Shown here piece by piece: positions 1 through 9,702 of a stretch of DNA of 64,000 bases. The position numbers and the translations under genes are program-made. The notes beneath the pieces are model-generated. The model did no database searches, was not told where the DNA came from, and saw nothing but the letters and a program-made list of their open reading frames with translations. The stretch comes from an uncultured Gammaproteobacteria bacterium (GTDB taxonomy: Bacteria; Pseudomonadota; Gammaproteobacteria; UBA9214): the NCBI GenBank assembly GCA_963748215.1, contig CAVVHS010000005.1:192001-256000 (forward strand). The letters run 5' to 3'. Position 1 is the stretch's first letter. Every line of letters begins with the position of its first letter.

Positions 1-216
1 TGCGAGCTGCGCGCGGCGATCCTGCCCGGATACACCCACGCGACAGGCAAGCGGCGTCACAACTCGACAGGAATTCCGACAATCCCGCAACAGGGAAGGA
101 GAGGGAAAACACTTGATATCAATAGGTTACAAACTGATAGATGTCAAATTGTAAGGAATTGTTGACTAATTAGCATATTAGACTATTCTAATGCTATACC
201 GAATTACCCGGAGGTA

Positions 217-906
217 ATGACGATGAGCCATAAGTTTAGACGTTACATGCTGTTGCTGGGCATGCTGACGCTCGGGTGGCTACCGGTTATCGGAGTAGCC
301 GCTGATGATCCCGAGCTGTGTGCGCCGTTCAAGGATAGCAAGGTGGATACCACACTGGTGTCGTCCATGCTGAAGGCAGCCAAAGACGGCTATCTGTATC
401 GAATCCAGAAAGACACCTCGCAGGTGGGCTTCTGTGTCGACAGCGAGTTCAAACGCGTGGAGGCCGCCTTTAACGATTTCAGTGGCGGCCTGGCGTTGAC
501 GCCCGCCGAGTGGGTTGCGCACGACCAGCAGGCCATGGTCGTGATCCGGACCGCCAGCCTGGATACCCGCGGCTCGATCGTCGAGAGCCTGATCAAGAGC
601 GAGCGTTTCTTCGACGTGGAGAACTACCCGGAGATCCTGTTCATAAGTCGCAGCTTCGAGTGGCTGGGCACGGACAAGGCGAAGATCCATGGTGACCTGA
701 CCGTGCATGGTGTCACCCGGCCGGTGGTGCTGGATGTCACGCTGATCCCGGTGGAGAAACAGCAAGGCACCACCGAGGAGAGCATCACGATCAAGGCATC
801 GACCGTGATCAACCGTTCCGAGTTCGGCATGGACAGCCTGTCGAGGCTGGTCAGTGACCAGGTTGAGCTCTGCATGTCGGTCGAGGTTTTACGCTACCGC
901 GGCTGA
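217..906 (+). CDS. Secreted YceI-family (lipid/polyisoprenoid-binding) protein
   Basis: Signal peptide; YceI motifs FFDVENYPEILF and GDLTVHGVTRPV; GGAGG RBS upstream. Confidence 0.85.
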   Translation: MTMSHKFRRYMLLLGMLTLGWLPVIGVAADDPELCAPFKDSKVDTTLVSSMLKAAKDGYLYRIQKDTSQVGFCVDSEFKRVEAAFNDFSGGLALTPAEWVAHDQQAMVVIRTASLDTRGSIVESLIKSERFFDVENYPEILFISRSFEWLGTDKAKIHGDLTVHGVTRPVVLDVTLIPVEKQQGTTEESITIKASTVINRSEFGMDSLSRLVSDQVELCMSVEVLRYRG

Positions 907-911
907 TCAAC

Positions 912-944
912 ACCGGGGCGCTGACCGACGGCCAGCGCCCCGGT
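912..944. terminator. GC-rich hairpin between convergent yceI and soxA
   Basis: accggggcgctg ... cagcgccccggt perfect inverted repeat. Confidence 0.55.
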
Positions 945-1005
945 CGCATGTCATATATTCCTGTAAACCCGTTACCGCAAGCGCCTGCTTGATGCGTCGC
1001 CGTGG

Positions 1006-1767
1006 CTAGTAGCGCACAGCCGGTGTTTCTATTTTCAGGCCGTTGGACCGCGACATGATGTACAGCCCCATCAGGTTGATCTCATCCGAGCCGGATTCGA
1101 ACGGCTCGGCACGCATCAACGTGAGGCACTGTTGTATACGCTGATTCAGGTTGGTGATCTCGCCGATATCGAGCCGGTAGGCGGGAAAACCGTTGCCCTG
1201 ACCTTCGCTGATCTTCTGCCCACGAATCATCTGCCCCGGGTACATGTCATGGCAGTGATAGCAGGAAATATCGATCAGCCCGTAGCGGGCCTTGTACAGC
1301 TGTTCACCCTTTTCCAGCAACTCCACCATGGGGCCATCGGTCTGGACGTTGACCGGCACACCACGCGCCCGGTTGCGCACAAAGGTCTCCAGCGCAATCA
1401 GGTCGGGATGATCGTCGGGCAGTATCTCGCCGGTGGTCCTGGTAAGGCACAGGCTGATCTGTTGTTGCAGGCTCACCAGCCCACCATCCCGGTAGACCGG
1501 GTAGCGCGCGATATTCCCGGTATCCAGGCCGCCGCCGTCGTCGCCATGACAGTCGGCACAGGACTTGCTGTCGCCGCCCGGCTGCTCGTTGAATAACGCC
1601 TGACCCTGCTCCAAGGTAAACATGCCGGGATTCAGGAAGTCATCGTCCTGCATCTCGCGCGTGGCCGGCTTGATGAATTCATAACCGGATCGCGGCTCGC
1701 CCGCGCCCGCCGGCAGTGCCAGCACCAATCCGAGTATCAATCCGAAATACCTGCTTGCGAGATTCAT
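1006..1767 (-). CDS. soxA: Sulfur-oxidation diheme c-type cytochrome SoxA
   Basis: Signal peptide, two CxxCH motifs (CADCH, CYHCH), NPGM motif, GFPAYRL, C-terminal QQCLTLMRAEP and ETPAVR. Confidence 0.9.
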   Translation of the reverse strand: MNLASRYFGLILGLVLALPAGAGEPRSGYEFIKPATREMQDDDFLNPGMFTLEQGQALFNEQPGGDSKSCADCHGDDGGGLDTGNIARYPVYRDGGLVSLQQQISLCLTRTTGEILPDDHPDLIALETFVRNRARGVPVNVQTDGPMVELLEKGEQLYKARYGLIDISCYHCHDMYPGQMIRGQKISEGQGNGFPAYRLDIGEITNLNQRIQQCLTLMRAEPFESGSDEINLMGLYIMSRSNGLKIETPAVRY

Positions 1768-2243
1768 TTCAATGTCACCAGGTAGGCAATCACGTCTTCA
1801 ACCTGCTGCGCCGTGAGAAAGGTTTTGCCCCTGTAGCGCTTGCCGGGCCGGTGGATCAGGCGTGGATCACGGTAGAAGCCGGGCATGATCGACATCGGGT
1901 TGATGTGCCGCGTATCCACCACGCGCAGGCGGATCTGCGCCTCGCCGAGGCGTGCGGCAATACCCTCCAGCGGGGGACCGATGGTGCCGTAGGCCTCGAC
2001 GCCGGGGATCGGCAGCTGGTGGCAGGCGAGGCAATTGCCGAGGTGACTGTCCGAGACAATCGCCGTACCACGCCCGGCATCCCCGGCCAGACCGCATAAC
2101 GGCGCGGCGATGCCGTACTCCACCACCTCCCAGCGACAATAGTCTTCGGGAAGCTGCGCCTGTTCCGCGGCAAGACCACTGAACGGCAGCGGGATGATGG
2201 ACAGCAATACCAGGCAGATCCGGAGATATTTCATGCCAGGCAT
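1764..2243 (-). CDS. soxX: Sulfur-oxidation monoheme cytochrome SoxX
   Basis: GNCLACH, GTIGPPL and SIMPGFY motifs; 4-bp overlap with soxA. Confidence 0.9.
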   Translation of the reverse strand: MPGMKYLRICLVLLSIIPLPFSGLAAEQAQLPEDYCRWEVVEYGIAAPLCGLAGDAGRGTAIVSDSHLGNCLACHQLPIPGVEAYGTIGPPLEGIAARLGEAQIRLRVVDTRHINPMSIMPGFYRDPRLIHRPGKRYRGKTFLTAQQVEDVIAYLVTLK

Positions 2244-2657
2244 CCCGTCGGGTTAGCGTAATTGTCCGGAATCATATCGGGTGCTCCCGTTTGTATGCAG
2301 TCCGCAACCCATGCCTGTGGCAAACAAGGCCGGATAGTCCGGACCTGAATCATCAGATCAGCATCGCATTTTCCCGACGTTCTCCGGCAGCCCGGATGCC
2401 GGAATCGATCCCGGGTAAACTCTGCAGAACCGGTTGGATTTCGAGCCGGCCTCATAGTACATCAACAAGCATTTAAACTGCCAATTGCACTCTCCTTCCC
2501 AACAGACAGGCCGCGTTTTTTAGTATGATATCCCGCATCGATCGATTTGCTTCCAGGATGCTGCAGGCCGTGCATTACCAGCACAAATACGAGCCGGTAT
2601 ACCTGCCTGGACTCACGAACCCGCAACGGACACTGCCCTGCCGAATGTATCTTCCAC

Positions 2658-3650
2658 ATGAATAAATCCAGAGCAATCGGCCGTACCTTGCTGTTCCTCA
2701 TCGCCTACTGCACGCTTGCAGCTGTCGTCTATTTCGCCAGCCTGCTAATGCTGCAGCATGGCGTTTTATTCAACGCGCCCTGGTTTGCCACCGCACAGAA
2801 ATCCCTTTACCGGGCCGGGATGTCTGACAATGCAACGAACTGGCTTTCGCTGCCCGGCTGCATCACACCCGACCCCGAGCTGGTTTACATACCGTCGACA
2901 GGCTCATGTGAATTCAATCATATCGAATTCAGGACCACCCTGAACTTCACGGAAGAAGGCAGATATACGGGTGACAAACCGCAGGGTACAGGCATTGCCG
3001 TAATCGGCGACTCACACGCGATGGGCTGGGGGGTGAACGATCTCGAGACGTTTGCGGCCCACCTGCAGGAACTGTCAGGGCGCCCCGTATACAATCTGGG
3101 CGTAGCGAGTTACGGGACATCCAGAGAACTCATCAGGCTGAAAAATTCCGGGCTGCTGGAGAAGATTGATACCGTCATCATTCAGTACTGCAACAATGAC
3201 TATAATGAAAATATCATGTTCGACACGGCATCGCGGCAAGAGCTGCACGAGAAGGTATTCGGCCACGCCGGGACGGACGAGGTACAGCAGCCCGACATGC
3301 TGAAATTCATCACCAAAGGCTACTGGCTTACCCTGAAGGCCCCGCTAAAGTCCCTGGCCGACAGACTGCGTCGCAAGAACTTCGCACGCCACTACAATGT
3401 TCTGATTGACACACTGCAGAAGCAATACGAGGTATTGCGCGGCAAGCATGTCATTGTGTTTTACAGCAATCCCTATGGCCAGAAATACCGGAATTATCCG
3501 GCTGGCAGGGACACCCGGTTACCCGAAGTCTCATTCGTGGATCTCGACCTCAACCAGGCGGACTACCATAAACTCGACAATCACCTGACCCCTGCCGGCC
3601 ATCGAAAGGTAGCCGAGCGCCTGTTCAAATACCTGCAATCCGCACCCTGA
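2658..3650 (+). CDS. Membrane-anchored SGNH/GDSL hydrolase-family protein
   Basis: N-terminal TM segment; GDSHAMG, NLGVASYG and DNHLTPAGH motifs; start taken at the ATG at 2658. Confidence 0.75.
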   Translation: MNKSRAIGRTLLFLIAYCTLAAVVYFASLLMLQHGVLFNAPWFATAQKSLYRAGMSDNATNWLSLPGCITPDPELVYIPSTGSCEFNHIEFRTTLNFTEEGRYTGDKPQGTGIAVIGDSHAMGWGVNDLETFAAHLQELSGRPVYNLGVASYGTSRELIRLKNSGLLEKIDTVIIQYCNNDYNENIMFDTASRQELHEKVFGHAGTDEVQQPDMLKFITKGYWLTLKAPLKSLADRLRRKNFARHYNVLIDTLQKQYEVLRGKHVIVFYSNPYGQKYRNYPAGRDTRLPEVSFVDLDLNQADYHKLDNHLTPAGHRKVAERLFKYLQSAP

Positions 3651-3732
3651 AAGCCGCGCGATAGCGCCTTGTTTTCGAGTTATTCCCCGACGGTGGATCA
3701 AATTCGCCATTCTGCCGAGGCGAACGCACTTG

Positions 3733-4247
3733 CCCTGCGGGGCCGCCGGCATTGCCGGCGTGCTTCGCGGCTGCGCCGCTCGTCGAACCCAACCAATCGG
3801 AAACACTCGGGTTCGAATCCACTGGCAACAATCCATGTGAAAAAAGGGCGCAAGGCCCCTTTTTCACATGGATGGCGGAGAGGGAGGGATTATTCGCGCT
3901 GCGCGCTCACCCCTGCGGGGCCGCCGGCATTGCCGGCGTGCTTCGCGGCTGCACCGCTCGTCGAACCCAACCAATCGGAAACACTCGGGTTCGAATCCAC
4001 TGGCAACAATCCATGTGAAAAAGGGGCGCAAGGCCCCTTTTTCACATGGATGGCGGAGAGGGAGGGATTATTCGCGCTGCGCGCTCACCCCTGCGGGGCC
4101 GCCGGCATTGCCGGCGTGCTTCGCGGCTGCGCCGCTCGTCGAACCCAACCAATCGGAAACACTCGGGTTCGAATCCACTGGCAACAATCCATGTGAAAAA
4201 AGGGCGCAAGGCCCCTTTTTCACATGGATGGCGGAGAGGGAGGGATT
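3733..4247 (-). repeat. tRNA-linked tandem repeat, ~2.9 x 178 bp, units carrying the last 19 nt of tRNA-Ser and a terminator-like hairpin
   Basis: tggcggagagggagggatt at 3873, 4051 and 4229 (period 178); hairpin atccatgtgaaaaa...tttttcacatggat in each unit. Confidence 0.95.
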
Positions 4248-4321
4248 CGAACCCTCGTAGGGCGGTAAAGCCCTCAACCGATTTCGAGTCGGTGCCGTTG
4301 TGACCGCTTCGGTACCTCTCC
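4229..4321 (-). tRNA. tRNA-Ser(CGA)
   Basis: Minus strand GGAGAGG...CTCGAAA anticodon loop, long variable arm, GGTTCGAATCC T-arm, ends CCGCCA. Confidence 0.95.
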
Positions 4322-4433
4322 AGTGAACCCGGGACTGATTTACGGTACTAATCTGACTTCAGGAACCTGCCGATCCGGAGATCGTTCAGGTATGATAACC
4401 ATACAATGTATCAGGGATATAGACTGACGGCAC

Positions 4434-5924
4434 ATGCTTGACCCAGCCAAGCGATCTGTAAACCCGTTTGCATGCGCCCAGGGCGTCGTCCGGTCTGTGC
4501 ATTCTAGCGCATGCCTTGCCGGGTCGGCTACGGGCAACATCAAGCTGATTCTCATCCTCTGCCTGGCGCTGTCGGCTTGTGGGCGTCCACTCTCGCTGCT
4601 GGAACAGATCCAGCAGCAGAATCAGCTGATCGTCATCACCCGTAACAGCTCGACCACCTACTTCGAGGGCCCGGACGGGCCGACCGGCTTTGAATACGAA
4701 CTGGCCAGTCGTTTCGCGGATTATCTCGGCGTTGACTTGCGTATCGTCATACCACCGAACTTCAATGACATTCTGCCACTGGTCGTACTGGGCGACGCCC
4801 ACCTCGCGGCAGCCGGACTGACCGTCACCCGCAAGCGCAAGGAAAAGGTGCGCTTCGGCCCCGTCTATCACACCATCACCCCGCAACTGGTCTACCGCAG
4901 CGGCGATGTCCGTCCGAAATCACCGGCCGACCTGAACGGAACACTGGAGGTACTCGCCGGCAGCAGCCATGAGGAACGCCTGGAGGAGCTGCAAGCGAAG
5001 TACCCGGACCTGAAATGGCAGAGCAATACTGCGCAGGACAGCGAGGAATTGCTGGCCATGGTATGGCAACAGCTGATCGACTACACCGTGGCTGATTCCA
5101 ACGAATTGTCCGTCAACCGTCATTTCTACCCGGAACTGAAACCCGCCTTCGATCTCGCCGCGCCGCAATCACTGGCCTGGGCATTTCCGAAATCCGCCGA
5201 CAAGAGCCTGTACCTGGCGGCGATCACCTTCTTTAACAAGATCAGGCAAAATGGCACGCTGGCACAGCTGATCGAACGCTATTTCGGCCATGTCGAGGAT
5301 TTCGACTATGTCGGCACGCGCCGTTACCAGGCCCACATCGAGCAGCGCCTGCCGGCCTACCAGGATCTGTTTATCGAAGCCGGCGCAGAGGTCGGTATGG
5401 ACTGGCGCCTGCTTGCGGCTATCGGTTACCAGGAATCGCACTGGGACCCGGATGCGGTATCACCGACCGGGGTGCGCGGCCTGATGATGCTCACGCTGAA
5501 CGCCGCCGATGATCTGGATATCGAAAACCGCCTCGACCCCGAACAGAGCATCCGCGGCGGCGCGGAGTACCTGTTACGCATGCGCGAACGCATCCCGCAG
5601 CGCATCCCCGAGCCCGACCGCACCTGGTTCGCACTGGCTGCCTACAATGTCGGCCTCGGTCACCTGGAGGATGCACGCATCCTGACCGTGAAAAACAAGG
5701 GCGATGCCGACAAATGGGTGGATGTGAAAAAGAACCTGCCGCTGCTCAGCAAGAAGAAATGGTTCCAGCAGACCCGCTACGGGTATGCCCGCGGCCGCGA
5801 GCCGGTGCGCTACGTGGAGAATATCCGCACCTATTACGACATCCTGGTATGGCTGACCGAGCAGGAAAATTCCGCCGAAAGCGTGCGACGCGAACCGCTG
5901 CAGTTCGGCTCACCGGCGCTGTAG
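4434..5924 (+). CDS. mltF: Membrane-bound lytic murein transglycosylase MltF (start uncertain)
   Basis: N-terminal SBP domain plus SLT domain (YQESHW, GVRGLMMLT, LAAYNVG, YGYARG); synteny with tadA. Confidence 0.93.
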   Translation: MLDPAKRSVNPFACAQGVVRSVHSSACLAGSATGNIKLILILCLALSACGRPLSLLEQIQQQNQLIVITRNSSTTYFEGPDGPTGFEYELASRFADYLGVDLRIVIPPNFNDILPLVVLGDAHLAAAGLTVTRKRKEKVRFGPVYHTITPQLVYRSGDVRPKSPADLNGTLEVLAGSSHEERLEELQAKYPDLKWQSNTAQDSEELLAMVWQQLIDYTVADSNELSVNRHFYPELKPAFDLAAPQSLAWAFPKSADKSLYLAAITFFNKIRQNGTLAQLIERYFGHVEDFDYVGTRRYQAHIEQRLPAYQDLFIEAGAEVGMDWRLLAAIGYQESHWDPDAVSPTGVRGLMMLTLNAADDLDIENRLDPEQSIRGGAEYLLRMRERIPQRIPEPDRTWFALAAYNVGLGHLEDARILTVKNKGDADKWVDVKKNLPLLSKKKWFQQTRYGYARGREPVRYVENIRTYYDILVWLTEQENSAESVRREPLQFGSPAL

Positions 5925-6124
5925 GCGACGGTGATTCAATCGTGGACAACGTCCGCTCTTACGCCGGCGCAACTATTGGGTGTAGGAGCGCATCTCATGC
6001 GCGATGCGGTATTTGAAATGATCGCGGATGGGATCCGCTCCTACAGGAGCATCGATTGGGCGCGGAAGCGCAGGCATGCGCGAATTACAGGCAACAATTA
6101 TTCGCGGACCACGTCCGCGCCTAC
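5921..6124. repeat. Cluster of GTAG-type REP-like inverted pairs
   Basis: tgtaggagcg...cgcgat / atcgcg...cgctcctaca (5981-6045) plus two degenerate pairs. Confidence 0.7.
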
Positions 6125-7095
6125 TGGCCCAGCAGCTCGGCTTCCATGGAGAGGTAGACCTGGTAGGCGTTGCGCCGGTTGGCCTCTGCAAATGCCGGCA
6201 GGTCGCTGAATTCACTCCAGTCGATCCCGCGATAGGCCTCGTCGAACGGCACCAGCTCATTGACGGCCTGTCCCATCTGTTCGCGCAGGAACGCCAGGTA
6301 ACGCCGCGTCAGCCTGATGGCCTCGTTCGGCTTTTCCGCCACGCCACCATGCCCGGGTACCAGTGCGACCAGCTTCTCGCGCTCCATGCGTTCCAGTACC
6401 TGGACCCAGCGCCTGGTGTTGGCATCGCCGAGATACGGTACCCTGCCCTCGAAAATGATGTCGCCCGAAAACAGCACCCTGTCAGGTTCCACGTACAGGG
6501 TGAGGTCACCGTCGGAGTGGGCATTACCGACCACGGTCACGATGAAGTCAACATCCCCGAGCCGGAACCGTGTCCCCTCTTTCAACTGCTGGTTCGGCCG
6601 CACCAGCCGCGTCGCGCTGTTCACCCACGGATCCAGGGTGAAACGACGCTCCTCGAGGCGCTCCCTGGCAGCGGGCGAATCCAGGTACAGGTCGGCGCCC
6701 TCCGGCGCGATGATCTCGGCATCGAGATCGGAAAACACCTGCAGGCCGTAGATATGGTCGGCGTGGTAGTGGCTGACGATCACGCGCACGATGGGCTGGT
6801 CGGTAATCTCGCGGATCTTCTCCAGCAGCAGCTGCGCCAGCGCAGGCGTGCCCAGCGCGTCGAACACCACCACCCCGGCACCGGTTATCACCACGCCGGC
6901 GTTGGAAATAAAGCCCTGGTTATCGGTCGCCACCCCCGCGGCACCCTGCGCGAACCAGACATGCTCGGAAACCTGCCTGAGGTCCATCTCGACCGTCGCC
7001 GGCGGGTATCCCGCAGCGTCGTCGGGCGCGGCGGCCGGCAGTGAGAACGGGAAACACACCAGTGAAATTGCGAGAATACAGCTTAACAACCGCAT
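6121..7095 (-). CDS. Periplasmic MBL-fold metallohydrolase (SoxH-like)
   Basis: Signal peptide, HYHADH metal motif, SNAGVVIT, FSGD and PGHG motifs. Confidence 0.8.
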   Translation of the reverse strand: MRLLSCILAISLVCFPFSLPAAAPDDAAGYPPATVEMDLRQVSEHVWFAQGAAGVATDNQGFISNAGVVITGAGVVVFDALGTPALAQLLLEKIREITDQPIVRVIVSHYHADHIYGLQVFSDLDAEIIAPEGADLYLDSPAARERLEERRFTLDPWVNSATRLVRPNQQLKEGTRFRLGDVDFIVTVVGNAHSDGDLTLYVEPDRVLFSGDIIFEGRVPYLGDANTRRWVQVLERMEREKLVALVPGHGGVAEKPNEAIRLTRRYLAFLREQMGQAVNELVPFDEAYRGIDWSEFSDLPAFAEANRRNAYQVYLSMEAELLGQ

Positions 7096-7163
7096 GTTAT
7101 TACCTTGTTGAAGCATTCGGGAACGCGTTTCAACGATACTACTCCGGACCACTCCCGGCAAAT

Positions 7164-7625
7164 TTACGCGCGCCGCACGCGAAAAAATGCCTTGAGCAGC
7201 TCAGCGCACTGTGCCTCCAGCACCCCGCCCTTCGCTGTCACGCGGTGATTGAGGCCGGGCAGCTCGAAGCCGCGACACACACTGCTTACCGCGCCGCTTT
7301 TCGGGTCATGCGCACCGAACACCACGCGTGCCACCCGCGCGTGCACCATGGCGCCAACGCACATCAGGCACGGCTCCAGTGTCACGTACAGCGTGGTGTC
7401 GGGCAGCCGGTAATTGCGCAGCGCCAGGCCGGCCGCGCGCAGGCAGTCGATCTCCGCATGGGCGCTCGGGTCGTGCGCACCAATGGGCCGGTTGCGGCCG
7501 CTGGCAACACGTTCATCACCCGCGACCAGCACCGCCCCCACCGGCACCTCGCCCGCCCGTGCGGCACGTTCCGCGCACTCCAGCGCCTGCTGCATCCAGT
7601 GTTCGTCAGGGTGTTGTGTCATCAC
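7164..7625 (-). CDS. tadA: tRNA adenosine(34) deaminase
   Basis: GEVPVGA, HAE and TLEPCLMC motifs. Confidence 0.95.
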   Translation of the reverse strand: MMTQHPDEHWMQQALECAERAARAGEVPVGAVLVAGDERVASGRNRPIGAHDPSAHAEIDCLRAAGLALRNYRLPDTTLYVTLEPCLMCVGAMVHARVARVVFGAHDPKSGAVSSVCRGFELPGLNHRVTAKGGVLEAQCAELLKAFFRVRRA

Positions 7626-7857
7626 TGTGTGCAGATGGATTTAATCGGAACAGGTGAATAAGGGCAGCCCCTGATGGCACTGGTTCCCGGCGTGTGTGCT
7701 ATTCGTTTCCAGCTGGCCACAGGTTCACGGGCAGGCAACAGGCATTCAGTACGAAAATTCCGTGTTTTTCCGTGTGCTTCCTTGGCTATTCATTGACATA
7801 CAGTCAGGCAACGTGTCATCGAGAAAGAAATCGACACTCTTCCACGCTGCCACCGGA

Positions 7858-9438
7858 TCACTCCCACTCGATGGTGGCTGGCGGCTTGCCGGATATGTCG
7901 TAGGCAACACGCGAGATGTGCGGCACCTCGTTGATGATACGGCGCGACACCGTGTCGAGGAATTCATAGGGCAGGTGTGCCCAGCGCGCGGTCATGAAAT
8001 CGATGGTCTCGACAGCGCGCAGCGCCACTACCCAGGAATAGCGACGCCCGTCGCCGGTCACGCCGACCGAGCGCACCGGCAGGAATACGGTAAAGGCCTG
8101 GCTCACCGTGTCGTACAGGTCGTGCCGGCGCAGCTCCTCGATGAAGATGTGATCGGCAAGCCGCAGGGTGTCGGCGTATTCCTTCTTCACCTCGCCCAGG
8201 ATGCGCACCCCCAGCCCCGGGCCCGGGAACGGGTGACGGTAGACCATGTCGTAAGGCAGCCCGAGTTCGACGCCGAGCTTGCGCACCTCGTCCTTGAACA
8301 GTTCGCGCAGTGGCTCGAGCAGCTTCAGCTTCATGTCTTCCGGCAGGCCGCCGACGTTGTGGTGCGACTTGATCAGGTGCGCCTTGCCGGTCCTGGCACC
8401 GGCGGACTCGATCACGTCCGGGTAGATCGTGCCCTGCGCCAGCCACTGCGTGTCGCCGCTCAGCTTCGCGGCCTCCTCCTCGAACACCTCGATGAACAGG
8501 TTGCCGATGATCTTGCGCTTGCGTTCCGGGTCCTGCACGCCGTCCAGCGCGGCGAGGAAGCGCGCCTCGGCATCGACGCGGATGACGCGCACGCCCATGT
8601 GCTCGGCGAAGGTCGCCATCACCTGGTCACCCTCGCGATGGCGCAGCAGGCCGTTGTCGACGAACACACAGACCAGCTGCTCGCCGATTGCCTTGTGCAG
8701 CAGGGCCGCCACCACCGAGGAATCGACGCCGCCGGACAGGCCCAGCAAGACCTTGTCGCTGCCGACCTGCGCGCGGATATCGCGGATACTGCTCTCGACG
8801 ATATGGTCCGGCGTCCACAGCGCGTCACAGGCACAGATATCGATGACAAAACGCTGCAGGATGCGCCCACCCTGGCGGGTATGCGTTACTTCGGGGTGGA
8901 ACTGGATGCCGTAGTAACCGCGCGTATCATCGGCCATACCGGCAATGGGCGCGCTGTCGGTGCTGGCGTTCACCTTGAAACCGTCCGGCAACTGCATCAC
9001 ACGGTCGCCGTGACTCATCCACACGTCGAGCAGTCCGTAACCTTCGTCCGAGGTATGGTCCTCGATATCGGTCAGCAGTCGGGAATGTCCGCGGGCACGC
9101 ACCTGGGCATAGCCATATTCGTGATGGTCGGCATTTTCCACCTTGCCGCCGAGCTGCGCCGCCATGGTCTGCATGCCGTAGCAGATACCCAGCACCGGCA
9201 CACCGGACTCGAACACCACGGCCGGCGCGCGTGGCGAGGTGTCGGCGGTGACCGTCTCTGGCCCACCGGACAGGATGACGCCGCGCGCGCCGAACCCGGC
9301 GATTTCGTCCGGCTCCGCGTCCCAGGGAAATATCTCGCAGTACACGCCCAGTTCGCGCACGCGGCGCGCGATCAGCTGGGTGTACTGGGAACCGAAATCC
9401 AGGATCAGGATCCGGTGAGCATGGATGTTATCAGTCAT
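7858..9438 (-). CDS. guaA: GMP synthase (glutamine-hydrolysing)
   Basis: [28 protein letters not shown] and KPPATIEWE motifs. Confidence 0.98.
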   Translation of the reverse strand: MTDNIHAHRILILDFGSQYTQLIARRVRELGVYCEIFPWDAEPDEIAGFGARGVILSGGPETVTADTSPRAPAVVFESGVPVLGICYGMQTMAAQLGGKVENADHHEYGYAQVRARGHSRLLTDIEDHTSDEGYGLLDVWMSHGDRVMQLPDGFKVNASTDSAPIAGMADDTRGYYGIQFHPEVTHTRQGGRILQRFVIDICACDALWTPDHIVESSIRDIRAQVGSDKVLLGLSGGVDSSVVAALLHKAIGEQLVCVFVDNGLLRHREGDQVMATFAEHMGVRVIRVDAEARFLAALDGVQDPERKRKIIGNLFIEVFEEEAAKLSGDTQWLAQGTIYPDVIESAGARTGKAHLIKSHHNVGGLPEDMKLKLLEPLRELFKDEVRKLGVELGLPYDMVYRHPFPGPGLGVRILGEVKKEYADTLRLADHIFIEELRRHDLYDTVSQAFTVFLPVRSVGVTGDGRRYSWVVALRAVETIDFMTARWAHLPYEFLDTVSRRIINEVPHISRVAYDISGKPPATIEWE

Positions 9439-9455
9439 CAGGCAATTCCGGCAGC

Positions 9456-9697
9456 AAAGGGGTCAGTATCTATTTCCGCCTGCCAGGATCGCAATGCGGA
9501 CAACAATCGGGAAAAGGGTACTGACCCAAATGGTACTTGCATAGGCCAATATTTCTGTCATTCCGGACGGAACGAAGTGGTGATCCGGAATCCAGTTCGA
9601 TTAATTCCCGCACATTCTGGATTCCCGCCTTCGCGGGAATGAAGGCATACAAAGAAAATTTCTCTTAAGCAAGCGCCATCCGGTACTGACCCTTTTT
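9456..9697. mobile_element. Palindrome (ggggtcagta/tactgaccc) interrupted by a 154-bp MITE-like insert
   Basis: ggtactgaccc duplicated at 9517-9527 and 9682-9692; imperfect TIR atggtacttgc/gcaagcgccat; internal attcccgccttcgcgggaat hairpin. Confidence 0.7.
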
Positions 9698-9702
9698 GGA
9701 CA

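Noticed and set aside
3625-4303. Several repetitive ORFs over the tRNA-linked repeats
   Set aside because: By-products of the 178-bp repeat and the tRNA, with no protein-like features
7630-7870. Island integrated at the guaA 3' end (a known hotspot)
   Set aside because: No duplicated guaA terminus and no integrase; tadA follows within ~230 bp
7696-9642. 648-aa plus-strand ORF and similar long shadow ORFs (e.g. 31678..33474, 58325..59800)
   Set aside because: Antisense to well-supported genes, as is typical of high-GC codon bias
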